Shown here: one piece after another, positions 11,025-20,603 of the stretch | Layout of the letters: every line of letters starts with the position of its first letter | How positions within the stretch are numbered: position 1 is the first letter of the stretch | Assembly (NCBI GenBank): GCA_964610875.1 | Contig: CAZSWP010000003.1 | Coordinates: forward strand, 80,113 to 144,112 | Length of the DNA stretch: 64,000 bases | Direction of reading: 5' to 3' | From: an uncultured archaeon | Lineage (GTDB): Archaea > Asgardarchaeota > Thorarchaeia > Thorarchaeales > Thorarchaeaceae | Made by a program: the position numbers and the translations under genes | Notes under the pieces: generated by a model | What the model was told of the DNA's origin: nothing | Databases searched by the model: none | The model's input: only the letters and a program-made list of their open reading frames with translations

Positions 11025-12344
11025 TTAGGATAACAGGATTTTCTTTTCCTTTAGACTGATTCCTAATGACTCTAGTTCCTTGAGTATGGGTTCATAGATG
11101 TCTGACGTTATTGGACGGTGTACACCAGTTACAGTGATTTCGCCTTCCAGAATCATATGGCTTGCTATTGCCACTGGTAAGGCAACTGTTCTTGACATTG
11201 AACTGTCACCATTTGGAATGCCATAATCAATCATCGTTGACGTGATTTTTTCCTTTCGGTCTGGAAACTCAGCTATGAACTCATGATGCATGACAATCAT
11301 ATCACGTTCGCTAGGAGCATACTGGAGTTTCTCTTCGAAAAGAAGACAAAGTGCATCTAAATAGGTTGTAGTATCCTGAGGGATTTTCTCATCACTGAAC
11401 AATCCAAGCCATTCCAATCTTGATATTACAGAATCAGAAGTAGCAATCTCAAGGTGGTTTGCGATTGCTTCTTTGATATCTTCTTTGTCTGTGGGGACGA
11501 GTCTTCTCATCATTTCAGCATATGTAAGATCTGATAGATTATGTTCATCCAGACTCAAGAGACCTAGATCAGCTATTTTCTTTAGAGTCCTACACCAGCC
11601 GATATTTCTAAAGGTACCTCTGAGCATGGTATTAGTTTCTTGAATATCATAGATATTAATGTACGATAAACTATCACGATTGGGATACCCTTCAAATTCT
11701 CCCATGCTTGGCACGGTCATTTTCTCACAGTTATCGAATAACTCTGGTCCAGGAATGGTTACTTTCTGTCCATCACGCAAGAAATGAGCGTCGTTGCGGC
11801 CTGCAAGTAGTACGCCACGTGGACTCCAAGAGAGCTTGTAGCCAAATGGATTATCATTTGCTTCAGGTGCTGGAAGACCTCCAGTGAATGATGTGAATCT
11901 TACAATATTTCCTCCTTCATCGTGCACCTCATCAATTATTTTCATAGCACTCATGTGATCAATGCCGGGATCTACTCCACATTCATTTAGGAGGAGGACA
12001 TTAGCTTCTTTTGCTTTCTTATCGAGTGCTTGCATCTCATCTGAGATGTATGATGTTGTACAGAAGTGTTTCTTATGTTTTATTGCAACCTTTGCTGCTT
12101 TCACATGGAAAGTATATGGGAGGAGAGAACATACAAGGTCTGTTTCTGCAGTCAATTCTTCTAGTAATTCGTCATCTTTAGCTATATTGAAAGTAACTGC
12201 TTTGGCGTTCTCACATCCTTGGATCAATCGTTCGGCTTTTTCTTTAGTTCTGCTAGCTACAGTCACATGATATCCTTGTTTGCAGAGGTATTGTACATAC
12301 GGTCGTGCCACAAGCCCAGCACCAAGACAGAGTATTCGTTTCAT
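11025..12344 (-). CDS. Saccharopine dehydrogenase (L-glutamate-forming; Lys9/AASS-SDH type)
   Basis: LGAGLVARP Rossmann motif, SLLPYTFH, ECGVDPGIDHMSAMK, GGLPAPEANDNPFGYKLSWSPRGVL, MSRTVALP. Confidence 0.93.
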   Translation of the reverse strand: MKRILCLGAGLVARPYVQYLCKQGYHVTVASRTKEKAERLIQGCENAKAVTFNIAKDDELLEELTAETDLVCSLLPYTFHVKAAKVAIKHKKHFCTTSYISDEMQALDKKAKEANVLLLNECGVDPGIDHMSAMKIIDEVHDEGGNIVRFTSFTGGLPAPEANDNPFGYKLSWSPRGVLLAGRNDAHFLRDGQKVTIPGPELFDNCEKMTVPSMGEFEGYPNRDSLSYINIYDIQETNTMLRGTFRNIGWCRTLKKIADLGLLSLDEHNLSDLTYAEMMRRLVPTDKEDIKEAIANHLEIATSDSVISRLEWLGLFSDEKIPQDTTTYLDALCLLFEEKLQYAPSERDMIVMHHEFIAEFPDRKEKITSTMIDYGIPNGDSSMSRTVALPVAIASHMILEGEITVTGVHRPITSDIYEPILKELESLGISLKEKKILLS

Positions 12345-12354
12345 GATTAATCAC

Positions 12355-13671
12355 CTATTTCAGATATTGCTCTAAATATGCGTAGTTCTTTGTGAGAGTA
12401 CCTCGATAGACTATTACAGCATCAAGTAGTTCTCTCGGAAGACTAAGTTCTTCAAAAGGAACTGAGAAGTCTGCCCCTGCTAGGGCAGGAATGAAGTCAA
12501 GTAAAGTTTCACTAAAGGATGTAGAAGCCTCCCTGGGTAGTTCACAGGGAAGATTATCAACAGCCATAATTACAGGCCCATCACCTTCAACTCCAAGAAG
12601 GGCTTTATCCTCATCCACAATGTAAGTGAATGATGGTCTGTCTGCATGTGTGCATTGTAATGTGAATTCAATTGCCCCACCTATATCGCAGGAGATATCA
12701 CCTATGATTCTAAGTTTTCTTGATTCTTCATGCCAGTGTTTCCGTATGAAATCCTTAGTAATCAACCGAGGAGATTTCTTGGTCCAGTATATGCAATTCA
12801 TTAGGACTGTAAGACTGTGAACATACTTGTGAAAGACGCCCAGGTATTTCTCCGCACCATGTTTGTAGTAATCCTGTAAATCAAATGATGCATTTGGGTC
12901 GATTGGTTCTACCATATGTTCTTCTTTGAAGACACATTTGTATAGAAGATCATCCTTTGGAGGAAGACTGTTTAGCTGTTCAGGGGTGATTTCTTCATGG
13001 GGGAGAATGTCGAATATTTTCTGAGCCCCACATGATACATTTCCATACCCTGCAAAACCAATAACAAAAGGTGTGAGTTGAGGAGGAAGGCCTTGGGTTT
13101 TAATTCTCTCAGCCAATTTTCTGAACTCTTCCTTCAATTCAGAGAGGTCTTTGCATTCAAGAGTCGAACGCATGCCAGCAAAGGGATTGGGTTTGATGTC
13201 TTCATAATCAAGTCGCTCTCCAAGTGAACGAAGTGTATCTGAAATTCCAGCCATCCCTGCCCAGTTTCCAAAATAAATCAGACGTCTACCTTTGTCATCA
13301 ATCACTTTTTCATAATCAATCAGAGTTGCGCCAGTGTCAAGTAATCGTTGCAACATTGACATGTTTTGTTTCTGACCTTTTATGGTGTGACTGAAGAAAA
13401 TATATACCTTATCAGGCTCAAAAAAATCATTTGGCATCTCTTTGATTCCGAGAACTATTGGAACGTTGGATCTTTTGAGGGGAGAAATCTCCGCTCCAAC
13501 CTGTATATACTCTTTAGCATCAAAAGCTCGTTGGTTACTTGGTTCTACAACAAATGAAATTCCGTGTTTTTCACCAAGTAGTTTCACGTGTCCTGGTATT
13601 ACAGCTACTCGAGTTTCAAATGCTTTTTCTTCCTTTCGCAGGCCTATCAGGTTCAGGATGAATCCCTCCAA
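12355..13671 (-). CDS. Lysine-ketoglutarate reductase (LKR; AlaDH/PNT fold, AASS N-terminal-domain type)
   Basis: IGLRKEEKAFETRVAVIP, GIKE, FFSHTIKGQKQNM, LIDYEK, GYGNVSCGA, DISCDIGGAIEF, AVDNLPCELPREASTSF. Confidence 0.9.
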   Translation of the reverse strand: MEGFILNLIGLRKEEKAFETRVAVIPGHVKLLGEKHGISFVVEPSNQRAFDAKEYIQVGAEISPLKRSNVPIVLGIKEMPNDFFEPDKVYIFFSHTIKGQKQNMSMLQRLLDTGATLIDYEKVIDDKGRRLIYFGNWAGMAGISDTLRSLGERLDYEDIKPNPFAGMRSTLECKDLSELKEEFRKLAERIKTQGLPPQLTPFVIGFAGYGNVSCGAQKIFDILPHEEITPEQLNSLPPKDDLLYKCVFKEEHMVEPIDPNASFDLQDYYKHGAEKYLGVFHKYVHSLTVLMNCIYWTKKSPRLITKDFIRKHWHEESRKLRIIGDISCDIGGAIEFTLQCTHADRPSFTYIVDEDKALLGVEGDGPVIMAVDNLPCELPREASTSFSETLLDFIPALAGADFSVPFEELSLPRELLDAVIVYRGTLTKNYAYLEQYLK

Positions 13672-13766
13672 TCAAGCTTTACTTGGGAGATGAATCGCTT
13701 TCGAAAGAAACACACGCTTTAACCTTTCCATCGCGGACGATATTGTATTACACAACATGATATTGA

Positions 13767-14315
13767 GAACATGTGTTCCATATTTCGAGGAACCAGAATG
13801 GTACATCTATTATACCTCTATGATTGTGTTAATTCTAGAAAGAGCAACGCTAGAAGAGTATCTTTTACAAAAGAGCTCTATGGTTTTACATATTCTTGGA
13901 AAACGAAGTCAGGACCTAAAGAGAGAAAGAAGAGTGGCTTGATTGATGTGTGCGTTGGTGCAACAGCTGTTAGTGACTCAGCTATTTTAGTTCCGGAGGA
14001 ATATAGAGGTCTCTTTGATCAACTATTCAATGCATATCGTGACATTCTGAACATCCGCATTTTTGAGATAAACCAAGAATTGGAATTATAAGAACACGTG
14101 TTCCAACAACCTGCAAACCCCTTCATTTCCTGTCGAAAATAAAATCTTCTAAAAAACTATAAAGAACAAAAGTATAAATATAGGTTTGCCGAACTACATT
14201 TATCTCCATTTTACTAACATACATACTTACACACTTTTCTACTCCATTCTACTAATTTCCAGTGGAAGCAGAGGGGTATATTGGCTGGGTCATACACACT
14301 GGAACACGTGCTCCA
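13767..14315. repeat. Three copies of the near-palindrome GAACAYGTGYTCCA (13767, 14092, 14302)
   Basis: gaacatgtgttcca, gaacacgtgttcca and gaacacgtgctcca read directly from the sequence. Confidence 0.7.
13798..14091 (+). CDS. Small hypothetical protein next to the putative origin
   Basis: GAGG SD before ATG 13798; MVHLLYLYD...RRVSFTKELYG...SGLID...SAILVP, alpha/beta pattern. Confidence 0.65.
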   Translation: MVHLLYLYDCVNSRKSNARRVSFTKELYGFTYSWKTKSGPKERKKSGLIDVCVGATAVSDSAILVPEEYRGLFDQLFNAYRDILNIRIFEINQELEL

Positions 14316-14404
14316 AAACTTGCATGATGGTTCAAACCACAACACTGATACTATGTTTAGTTTTCCGATGATTCGCCCAAAGAGGAAAATCGGAGGATCT
14401 TGCG
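14092..14404. other. Putative chromosomal replication origin (oriC)
   Basis: Inverted ORBs 14117-14137 (minus: TTCGACAGGAAATGAAGGGGT) and 14257-14277 (plus: TTCCAGTGGAAGCAGAGGGGT) flank a 119-bp AT-rich spacer. Confidence 0.75.
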
Positions 14405-16294
14405 ATGACGAAACCAAAGGAGCTTCTTGAAGACGCGCCTGAAAAAACTGTTCTTTTACTGGCTAATGAAGCAATTGCACGTGGGGTACTTGAAGCAGGA
14501 GTACGATTAGTTGCTTTATATCCTGGCACACCAAGCAGCGAAATCGGTAATAATCTTACATTTATGGCACCTGAAATACCTAATTTTTACTTTGAATTTA
14601 GCACAAATGAGAAAGTTGCCTTAGAAGTTGCAGGTGCAGCTGCTGTTGCTGGTGTTCGTTCAATGATGGTATGTAAAGGCCCAGGACTGAATGTTGCAGC
14701 AGATCCTTTCTTCTCATTAGCCTATGTTGGGGTACGAGCTGGCATGGTGATAGTGGTTGCAGATGACCCTAGCATGTGGAGTTCGCAGAACGAGAATGAT
14801 AGCCGTTACTATGCACTCATGGGAAATATGCCAATGATTGAACCTGCGGATCCTGCTGAAGCTAAGTCAATGCTGCTTGAAGCATACAAGATATCTGAGA
14901 AACTTCAGCTTCCAGTATTATTCAGAACTACAACAAGAGTGAATCATACCAGAGCTCCTGTAACCTTTGGTCCTATACGTGCACGCCCAGAGAAAATAGA
15001 ATTTGAAAAAGACCCATTCAGATTTGTCCCTGTTCCGGCTGTGGCAAGAAAAAGACATCCATGGTTGTTACAACAGATTGAACTTGCCAAGGAGATATCT
15101 GAAAAGACTTCACTGAACTTTATCGAAGGTGAAGGCGAGCTTGGAATCATCACCAGTGGTGTATCATATAACTATGTCAAAGAAGCATTTGATACAATGG
15201 GAATCAATGCAGAAGTGATGAAGTTAGGGATGACCCATCCCGTTCCAGAACACAAAATCATGGAATTCCTCAGAAGTCATAATCGAGTTTTAGTTGTTGA
15301 AGAACTAGAACCGTTCCTAGAAACACATGCTAGAAGAATTGCTCAACTGCATGATATCAAAGTGGAGATCTTAGGGAAAGAACAAGGGTATTTTGAGCGA
15401 ACCTATGAGTACAGTCCACGTATCGTCATGCAAGCTTTGGAGTCTATTACTGGTAATACAAGTATTAATTGGAATGAGATTGAGGAACTTGCTGGAACAA
15501 TTCCAGAGATTCCGCCACGACCTCCATTACTTTGTGCAGGTTGTCCACATAGAGCTAGTTACTTTGCAATTAGAACTGCTACTCGTGGAAAGGCTATCTA
15601 TCCATCAGATATTGGTTGCTATACTTTGAGCATTGCACCTCCTCTTGAAACAGCTGACATCTTGTTTGATATGGGATCATCCATAACCACGGCATGTGGT
15701 CTTGCACAAGTGACTGATCAAGACATTGTTGCAACAATCGGTGATAGCACATTTTTCGCATCAGGTCTTCCTGGTATTGTTGATGCTGTCTATAACCATC
15801 ACCCGATAGCATTAGTTGTCTTGGACAATCGTACAACAGCAATGACAGGGCATCAACCACACCCAGGTACTGGAGTTACTGGAATGCAAGAAAAAGTTGA
15901 ACCACTCGACATTGAAGAAGTATGTAGAGGGCTGGGTGTAAAGTATGCAAAAACTATTGATCCCTTTGAATCTGTAGCTGATCTTGTCAAAGAAGTAAGA
16001 GAGATGGTGGCTTGGTCACGTGAGAACAAAGCTCCATCAGTATTAGTATCTAAAGCTCCATGTGCACTTCTCACAGCTGCTGATAGAAGAAGAAGTGGAG
16101 AATACCCACCAAAGTATTACGTCGATTCTGAAATATGCAACTCATGTAAGAGATGTTTGAACCGACTTTCTTGTCCAGCAATGTATCTTGATCCTGAAAC
16201 TGACAAAGCAGTAATTGACGAAGCATTATGTAATCTCTGTGGTACGTGTGTTTCGGTATGCCCCCAGGGGGCTATTAAACAGGAGGAGAAATAG
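14405..16294 (+). CDS. iorA: Indolepyruvate:ferredoxin oxidoreductase alpha subunit
   Basis: YPGTPSSEI, NEKVALEVA, DDPSMWSSQNENDSR, LCAGCPHR, DIGCYTL, GDSTFF, C-terminal 2x[4Fe-4S] motifs. Confidence 0.95.
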   Translation: MTKPKELLEDAPEKTVLLLANEAIARGVLEAGVRLVALYPGTPSSEIGNNLTFMAPEIPNFYFEFSTNEKVALEVAGAAAVAGVRSMMVCKGPGLNVAADPFFSLAYVGVRAGMVIVVADDPSMWSSQNENDSRYYALMGNMPMIEPADPAEAKSMLLEAYKISEKLQLPVLFRTTTRVNHTRAPVTFGPIRARPEKIEFEKDPFRFVPVPAVARKRHPWLLQQIELAKEISEKTSLNFIEGEGELGIITSGVSYNYVKEAFDTMGINAEVMKLGMTHPVPEHKIMEFLRSHNRVLVVEELEPFLETHARRIAQLHDIKVEILGKEQGYFERTYEYSPRIVMQALESITGNTSINWNEIEELAGTIPEIPPRPPLLCAGCPHRASYFAIRTATRGKAIYPSDIGCYTLSIAPPLETADILFDMGSSITTACGLAQVTDQDIVATIGDSTFFASGLPGIVDAVYNHHPIALVVLDNRTTAMTGHQPHPGTGVTGMQEKVEPLDIEEVCRGLGVKYAKTIDPFESVADLVKEVREMVAWSRENKAPSVLVSKAPCALLTAADRRRSGEYPPKYYVDSEICNSCKRCLNRLSCPAMYLDPETDKAVIDEALCNLCGTCVSVCPQGAIKQEEK

Positions 16295-16295
16295 A

Positions 16296-16925
16296 ATGTC
16301 TAGTAATACAGGTAATACGAGCAATTTGGTCAGCGTTGCAATATCAGGTGTTGGTGGCCAAGGAGTCCTAACTCTTGCAGAGGTACTAGCCAAAGCCGCA
16401 TTGAGAAACTCCCACAATGTTCGTGTTGGTGAGATTCATGGAATGGCACAACGTGGTGGGCATGTAATATGCACTGTCAGAATAGGTCCTGGTGCAAAAG
16501 GACCGATTGTAGATAATGGCACAGCTGACATAATGGTTGGATTTGAACCTGCTGAAACTCTAAGAGAAATCCAGCTTGTGAAAAAGGATGGACATGTTTT
16601 GATGAATACCCATATCATGTATCCAGTAGCTGTTTCCATGGGGAAAGCTGAGTATCCAGAACACAAAGAGATCCTAGAAAATATGAAGAAATTCAGCAAG
16701 AACATAATTGAATTTGATGCCTTTCAACTAGCAAAGGAATCAGGTGATACTCGGGCAATGAACATGGTCATGCTCGGAGCTATAATTGGTACTGGTATCA
16801 CACCAATAAGTGAAGAAGCCGCAATTGAATCAGTCCGGACATCATTTCCTGGTAGGTTCGAAGAAATTAACATCAAAGCTTTCAAGCTTGGTCTAGAGAA
16901 AGTGAAACGTTTATTAAAATCATAG
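16296..16925 (+). CDS. iorB: Indolepyruvate:ferredoxin oxidoreductase beta subunit
   Basis: GVGGQGVL, EIHGMAQRGGHV, NMVMLGA; ATG 16296. Confidence 0.93.
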   Translation: MSSNTGNTSNLVSVAISGVGGQGVLTLAEVLAKAALRNSHNVRVGEIHGMAQRGGHVICTVRIGPGAKGPIVDNGTADIMVGFEPAETLREIQLVKKDGHVLMNTHIMYPVAVSMGKAEYPEHKEILENMKKFSKNIIEFDAFQLAKESGDTRAMNMVMLGAIIGTGITPISEEAAIESVRTSFPGRFEEINIKAFKLGLEKVKRLLKS

Positions 16926-16949
16926 TTATTACTTGTAATACAAATATTA

Positions 16950-19319
16950 CTAGTAGATTTCTCTTGCTATCGCCACTGCTGCTTGACCAATAGACACGCC
17001 TCCATCTCCCGGAGGAACATCTCTATGGATAAGAGGAGTAAGACCATGATCCTTAATTTTAGAAACAATAGCTCTTGTAATAATTCGGTTCAATGCGACT
17101 CCTCCTGAAAATCCAATGTGTCTGACAGCGTATTGTTTGGCATTCTGTACAGCAATGTCTACAAGAGAAGACCCCAAATACCATTGAGCCGCATACGCAA
17201 TATCTTGAACTGGTTCTCCTCCCCTACGCAAATCGATTATGTATTGAATTGCATCGCGGACATCAAGCTGCATTTGCCCATTGTTTTCAGAGAAAATACT
17301 AGGTATCCTAAGTGTTGATTCTCTTGCTATTGCCTCAAGTTTCATTGGGCACTCACCATCATATGTATTAGCATCACATATTCCAAGAACTAATGCAACA
17401 GTATCAAGAAACCTTCCCGCACTGCTGCTTGTCACTGTATTGATTTTGCGTTTCGTGGCCGTCAATAATAATGAAACTTCTTCTTCATTTGCAATTCTAT
17501 CTTTTGATATTCGTGGATAAGTAACAGCATTCAAAATTCCATCAGCATTCATATCATCAGCCATGAAACCAATGAACGGTCTAATTGCATATTGTGCAGT
17601 AAGATTTCCTCCAGGAAAGTCATAGGGTTTTATACCTCCGATGCGGTCGTACTGTTTTGCATCCCCAAGTAATATCTCTCCACCCCAAGCATTCCCATCA
17701 TCTCCATAACCGAAGCCATCAGCTGTAATACAAATAATACGAGTATTAAGTGGTAGTTTGTACTCCACAAGATGCGAAGCTAAATGTGCATGATGATGTT
17801 GTACTCTGTGAAGATTTGCATCATAAGTTTCTGAGAGATGTTCAGCAAGACTAGTTGTGAGAAACTCGGGATGCAAATCACAAGCCACAGCATCCACAGT
17901 GTTAAGACCAATTAAAGACATCAGATGATTTAGAGCGTCTTTAAGAAACTCCACATTTTCAATTCTATCAGTATTTCCAATATACTGCGTTGGATAGACT
18001 CTTCCAGATCTTACAAGAGACCCCGTTACCTTTTCTTCTGGACCCACTGCCAATACGCTATGATGCTTTGGTACATCTTTGAGTGTTAATGGCTCAGGGA
18101 CATAACCCCTTGCTCTCCTAATGAGCAAAGTTGAATCGTTTATCACTTTGATAACTGAGTCATCTTCTCTTTGATGGATTCTTCTATCATGCACCAGAAA
18201 ATAATCGGCTATAGAGTGTAATTCAGAAACCAAGGCATCGGAATCAATATACATAGGGATACCTGTAGGATTCGCACTGGTCATTATCAGAGCAGGTTCA
18301 TCCAAGTAATCAAAGAGAAGTAGATGAACAGGTGCGTATGGAAGCATAACTCCAACTGTATCGAGTCCTGGTGCAATGAGATCAACTGTCTCCTGAGGTA
18401 TTAGTTGTAATACAGATATTTTCTTCACTGATTTTTTCCTAACCAACACAATTGGTCTGCGCCAGGATTTGATTAGATCTAACTCCATCTCTGTGATATC
18501 GAAATTATTTAGAAGAGTATCTTCATCACGGACCATTATTGCAAAAGGTCTTGCAGACCTTTTCTTACGTTCACGAAGTTCTTCTATGGGTCTATAATCT
18601 CGTGTCCCCGTCACAAGATGAGTACCAGAAATCCCTTGGACTGCCAGAATCTTATTACATGCAATCAGTTCTGAAGCCTTTTTTATCGAGTTTTTCAATT
18701 CCAGAGAGTTTCCACTTTTATCAACTAGTTTGTATTGAGGTCCACAATCTTCGCACGCTGTTGTTTGAGCATGATATCTCCTGTCGAGGGGATCTGTATA
18801 ACCAATATTACAAGTATTACATAACGGAAAATCAACCATTGTAGTATTCGGACGATCATATGGCAGAGTTGTTATGGTTGAATATCTTGGACCACATGCT
18901 GCACATGAAGTGAAAGGATAACGATACCATCTTGATGCTTCATCAAATAGGTCCCTTTTGCAATCACCACATATAGCTATATCTGGTGGTATGATTGGAT
19001 CAACATCCTCTGTTCTTGTTTCTGAAGATTTTTCAATCAGGAACTCATCAAAATCATTCTGAAACTTTTCCCATTGAACAGAAATTTCGTCCACTCTTGA
19101 GATTGAGGGAGGTTCAGATTTTACCATCTGTATCAGTTTTTCTAGTTGCTTCTTTTCACCCTCAGCCACTATTCGTACACCTGCATCACCTAGGTTTAAG
19201 ACATATCCTGTTAAAGAAAGATTTCTAGCTACACGGTATACAAAAGGCCGGAAGCCTACACCTTGTACAATTCCATTCACTCTAATAATGGCACGTTGCT
19301 TCAAAGATCCAAACTCCAT
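16950..19319 (-). CDS. hypF: Hydrogenase maturation carbamoyltransferase
   Basis: Acylphosphatase GIVQGVGFRPF, Zn fingers (CxxC), YrdC-like region, DLHP, QHHHAH, DGFGYGDDG..WGGE, PPGDGGVSIGQ. Confidence 0.96.
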   Translation of the reverse strand: MEFGSLKQRAIIRVNGIVQGVGFRPFVYRVARNLSLTGYVLNLGDAGVRIVAEGEKKQLEKLIQMVKSEPPSISRVDEISVQWEKFQNDFDEFLIEKSSETRTEDVDPIIPPDIAICGDCKRDLFDEASRWYRYPFTSCAACGPRYSTITTLPYDRPNTTMVDFPLCNTCNIGYTDPLDRRYHAQTTACEDCGPQYKLVDKSGNSLELKNSIKKASELIACNKILAVQGISGTHLVTGTRDYRPIEELRERKKRSARPFAIMVRDEDTLLNNFDITEMELDLIKSWRRPIVLVRKKSVKKISVLQLIPQETVDLIAPGLDTVGVMLPYAPVHLLLFDYLDEPALIMTSANPTGIPMYIDSDALVSELHSIADYFLVHDRRIHQREDDSVIKVINDSTLLIRRARGYVPEPLTLKDVPKHHSVLAVGPEEKVTGSLVRSGRVYPTQYIGNTDRIENVEFLKDALNHLMSLIGLNTVDAVACDLHPEFLTTSLAEHLSETYDANLHRVQHHHAHLASHLVEYKLPLNTRIICITADGFGYGDDGNAWGGEILLGDAKQYDRIGGIKPYDFPGGNLTAQYAIRPFIGFMADDMNADGILNAVTYPRISKDRIANEEEVSLLLTATKRKINTVTSSSAGRFLDTVALVLGICDANTYDGECPMKLEAIARESTLRIPSIFSENNGQMQLDVRDAIQYIIDLRRGGEPVQDIAYAAQWYLGSSLVDIAVQNAKQYAVRHIGFSGGVALNRIITRAIVSKIKDHGLTPLIHRDVPPGDGGVSIGQAAVAIAREIY

Positions 19320-19464
19320 TCTTCTTTGAAAAATAATTATGATATTAAGTCAATGAAGTGGCAAAGGAATCTACTTTTGTCATTACATTACAAGTATAAC
19401 ATGTATTACAATCAATTTTGTAGGTCCTCTTAAGTATGAATACAGAATATACTATTGATTTTAG

Positions 19465-19878
19465 ATGCCAGCTCCGTCAAAAACATCACATCGTATCATT
19501 GGGGAACCCAAGACCACGCCTTCTATATTAGCCAATATCCCAGATTGTCTACATTCAGTTCTTATTGAATCTGCAAATGCTGCTAGTCGTAAGAAAAAGT
19601 CTATTCTCATATCAAGTAATAGTCTTGCGAATAGATTCATTCTAGATAGATGGGGGATAAGACCTTCACAACGCAGACGCTTCAAGAATCTATTCGCATC
19701 TGTTAGAAAACAATGTCGTAATATGTTTCAACATTATCTGGCACGAGGTCGAATAGAATGGACTTCGGGATCCGATAATCACAAGTTTGGTGTCTATAAA
19801 TTTGATGAGATACGAGGTAACTTGATTCTAGGATTTGTTGAAGTTACTCCTGAAAAGGACTGGACATTGAAATTCTAA
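19465..19878 (+). CDS. Basic hypothetical protein, possibly DNA-binding
   Basis: 137-aa Arg/Lys-rich ORF bracketed by GTAWTAC arrays on both sides. Confidence 0.7.
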   Translation: MPAPSKTSHRIIGEPKTTPSILANIPDCLHSVLIESANAASRKKKSILISSNSLANRFILDRWGIRPSQRRRFKNLFASVRKQCRNMFQHYLARGRIEWTSGSDNHKFGVYKFDEIRGNLILGFVEVTPEKDWTLKF

Positions 19879-19879
19879 C

Positions 19880-19909
19880 AATATATGTAATACAGGTATT
19901 ACATATATT
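19880..19909. promoter_or_regulatory. Perfect 14-bp inverted repeat AATATATGTAATAC-ag-GTATTACATATATT (strongest GTAWTAC site)
   Basis: Arms 19880-19893 and 19896-19909 are exact reverse complements. Confidence 0.8.
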
Positions 19910-20027
19910 CAAACTATATCCTTATTTGTAAAATATTGAGTGTATACAAACATGTATCCGTGTAGAAACTTTTGTAAAATGTTTCTAAAACACCTCTCAA
20001 AACAAATTAAAATAAATTTAGAGGCTT

Positions 20028-20603
20028 ATGAGGACTCTTAAGATGAGTGATGAAAAAACAAATGAAATAAACGTGGAAGAAGCGAAAAGACTAGCAAAAG
20101 GGACTAAACAAGTAATGAGAGAACCCATTCTTCGTATACTATTGGAAAGGTCTCTCATTACCGAAGCACAACTAGAAACCTTACTAATTGATCTTGTAGT
20201 TGAAGATGCAATAAGACAACAAATACCGTATGAAGAGAAAGCAAGCTTACGATCTAAGAAATCGAGTAGAACGAAAGGGGTATCCAGAGGTGCATTCAAC
20301 AGGACACTAAAACAAGCAAGGCGTAATGTTACAAGATGTCTTTACACAATGTTACTCTTAGCATATTTAGGACTATTTGATTTTGCAGTATTTCGTCCAT
20401 TTGAAGAAGTAGCAGCAAAAATTGGGAACTACAGAAAAATCAGGGATGTATTATCTGGCAGGTCAAATCTAACTGATGAAGAATTGGAAAGCTATCATGC
20501 TTCAGAGAGAGCAATTACAGAAGCACTTGAAAATATGGCTACGTCTTTGATATTGAAGTCAGAAATTTCACGTAGACGTGGTACCACAGAAAATGAAGAA
20601 TAG
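20028..20603 (+). CDS. Conserved archaeal HTH-like protein
   Basis: SLITEAQLETLL...KGVSRGAFNRTLKQARRNV..CLYTMLLLAYLGL, sigma70-region-4-like HTH pattern. Confidence 0.7.
   Translation: MRTLKMSDEKTNEINVEEAKRLAKGTKQVMREPILRILLERSLITEAQLETLLIDLVVEDAIRQQIPYEEKASLRSKKSSRTKGVSRGAFNRTLKQARRNVTRCLYTMLLLAYLGLFDFAVFRPFEEVAAKIGNYRKIRDVLSGRSNLTDEELESYHASERAITEALENMATSLILKSEISRRRGTTENEE

Noticed and set aside
19880-19909. Perfect palindrome as a Xer/dif site
   Set aside because: Lacks the ATAA-N6-TTAT inner signature and is better explained as the best member of the GTAWTAC family.
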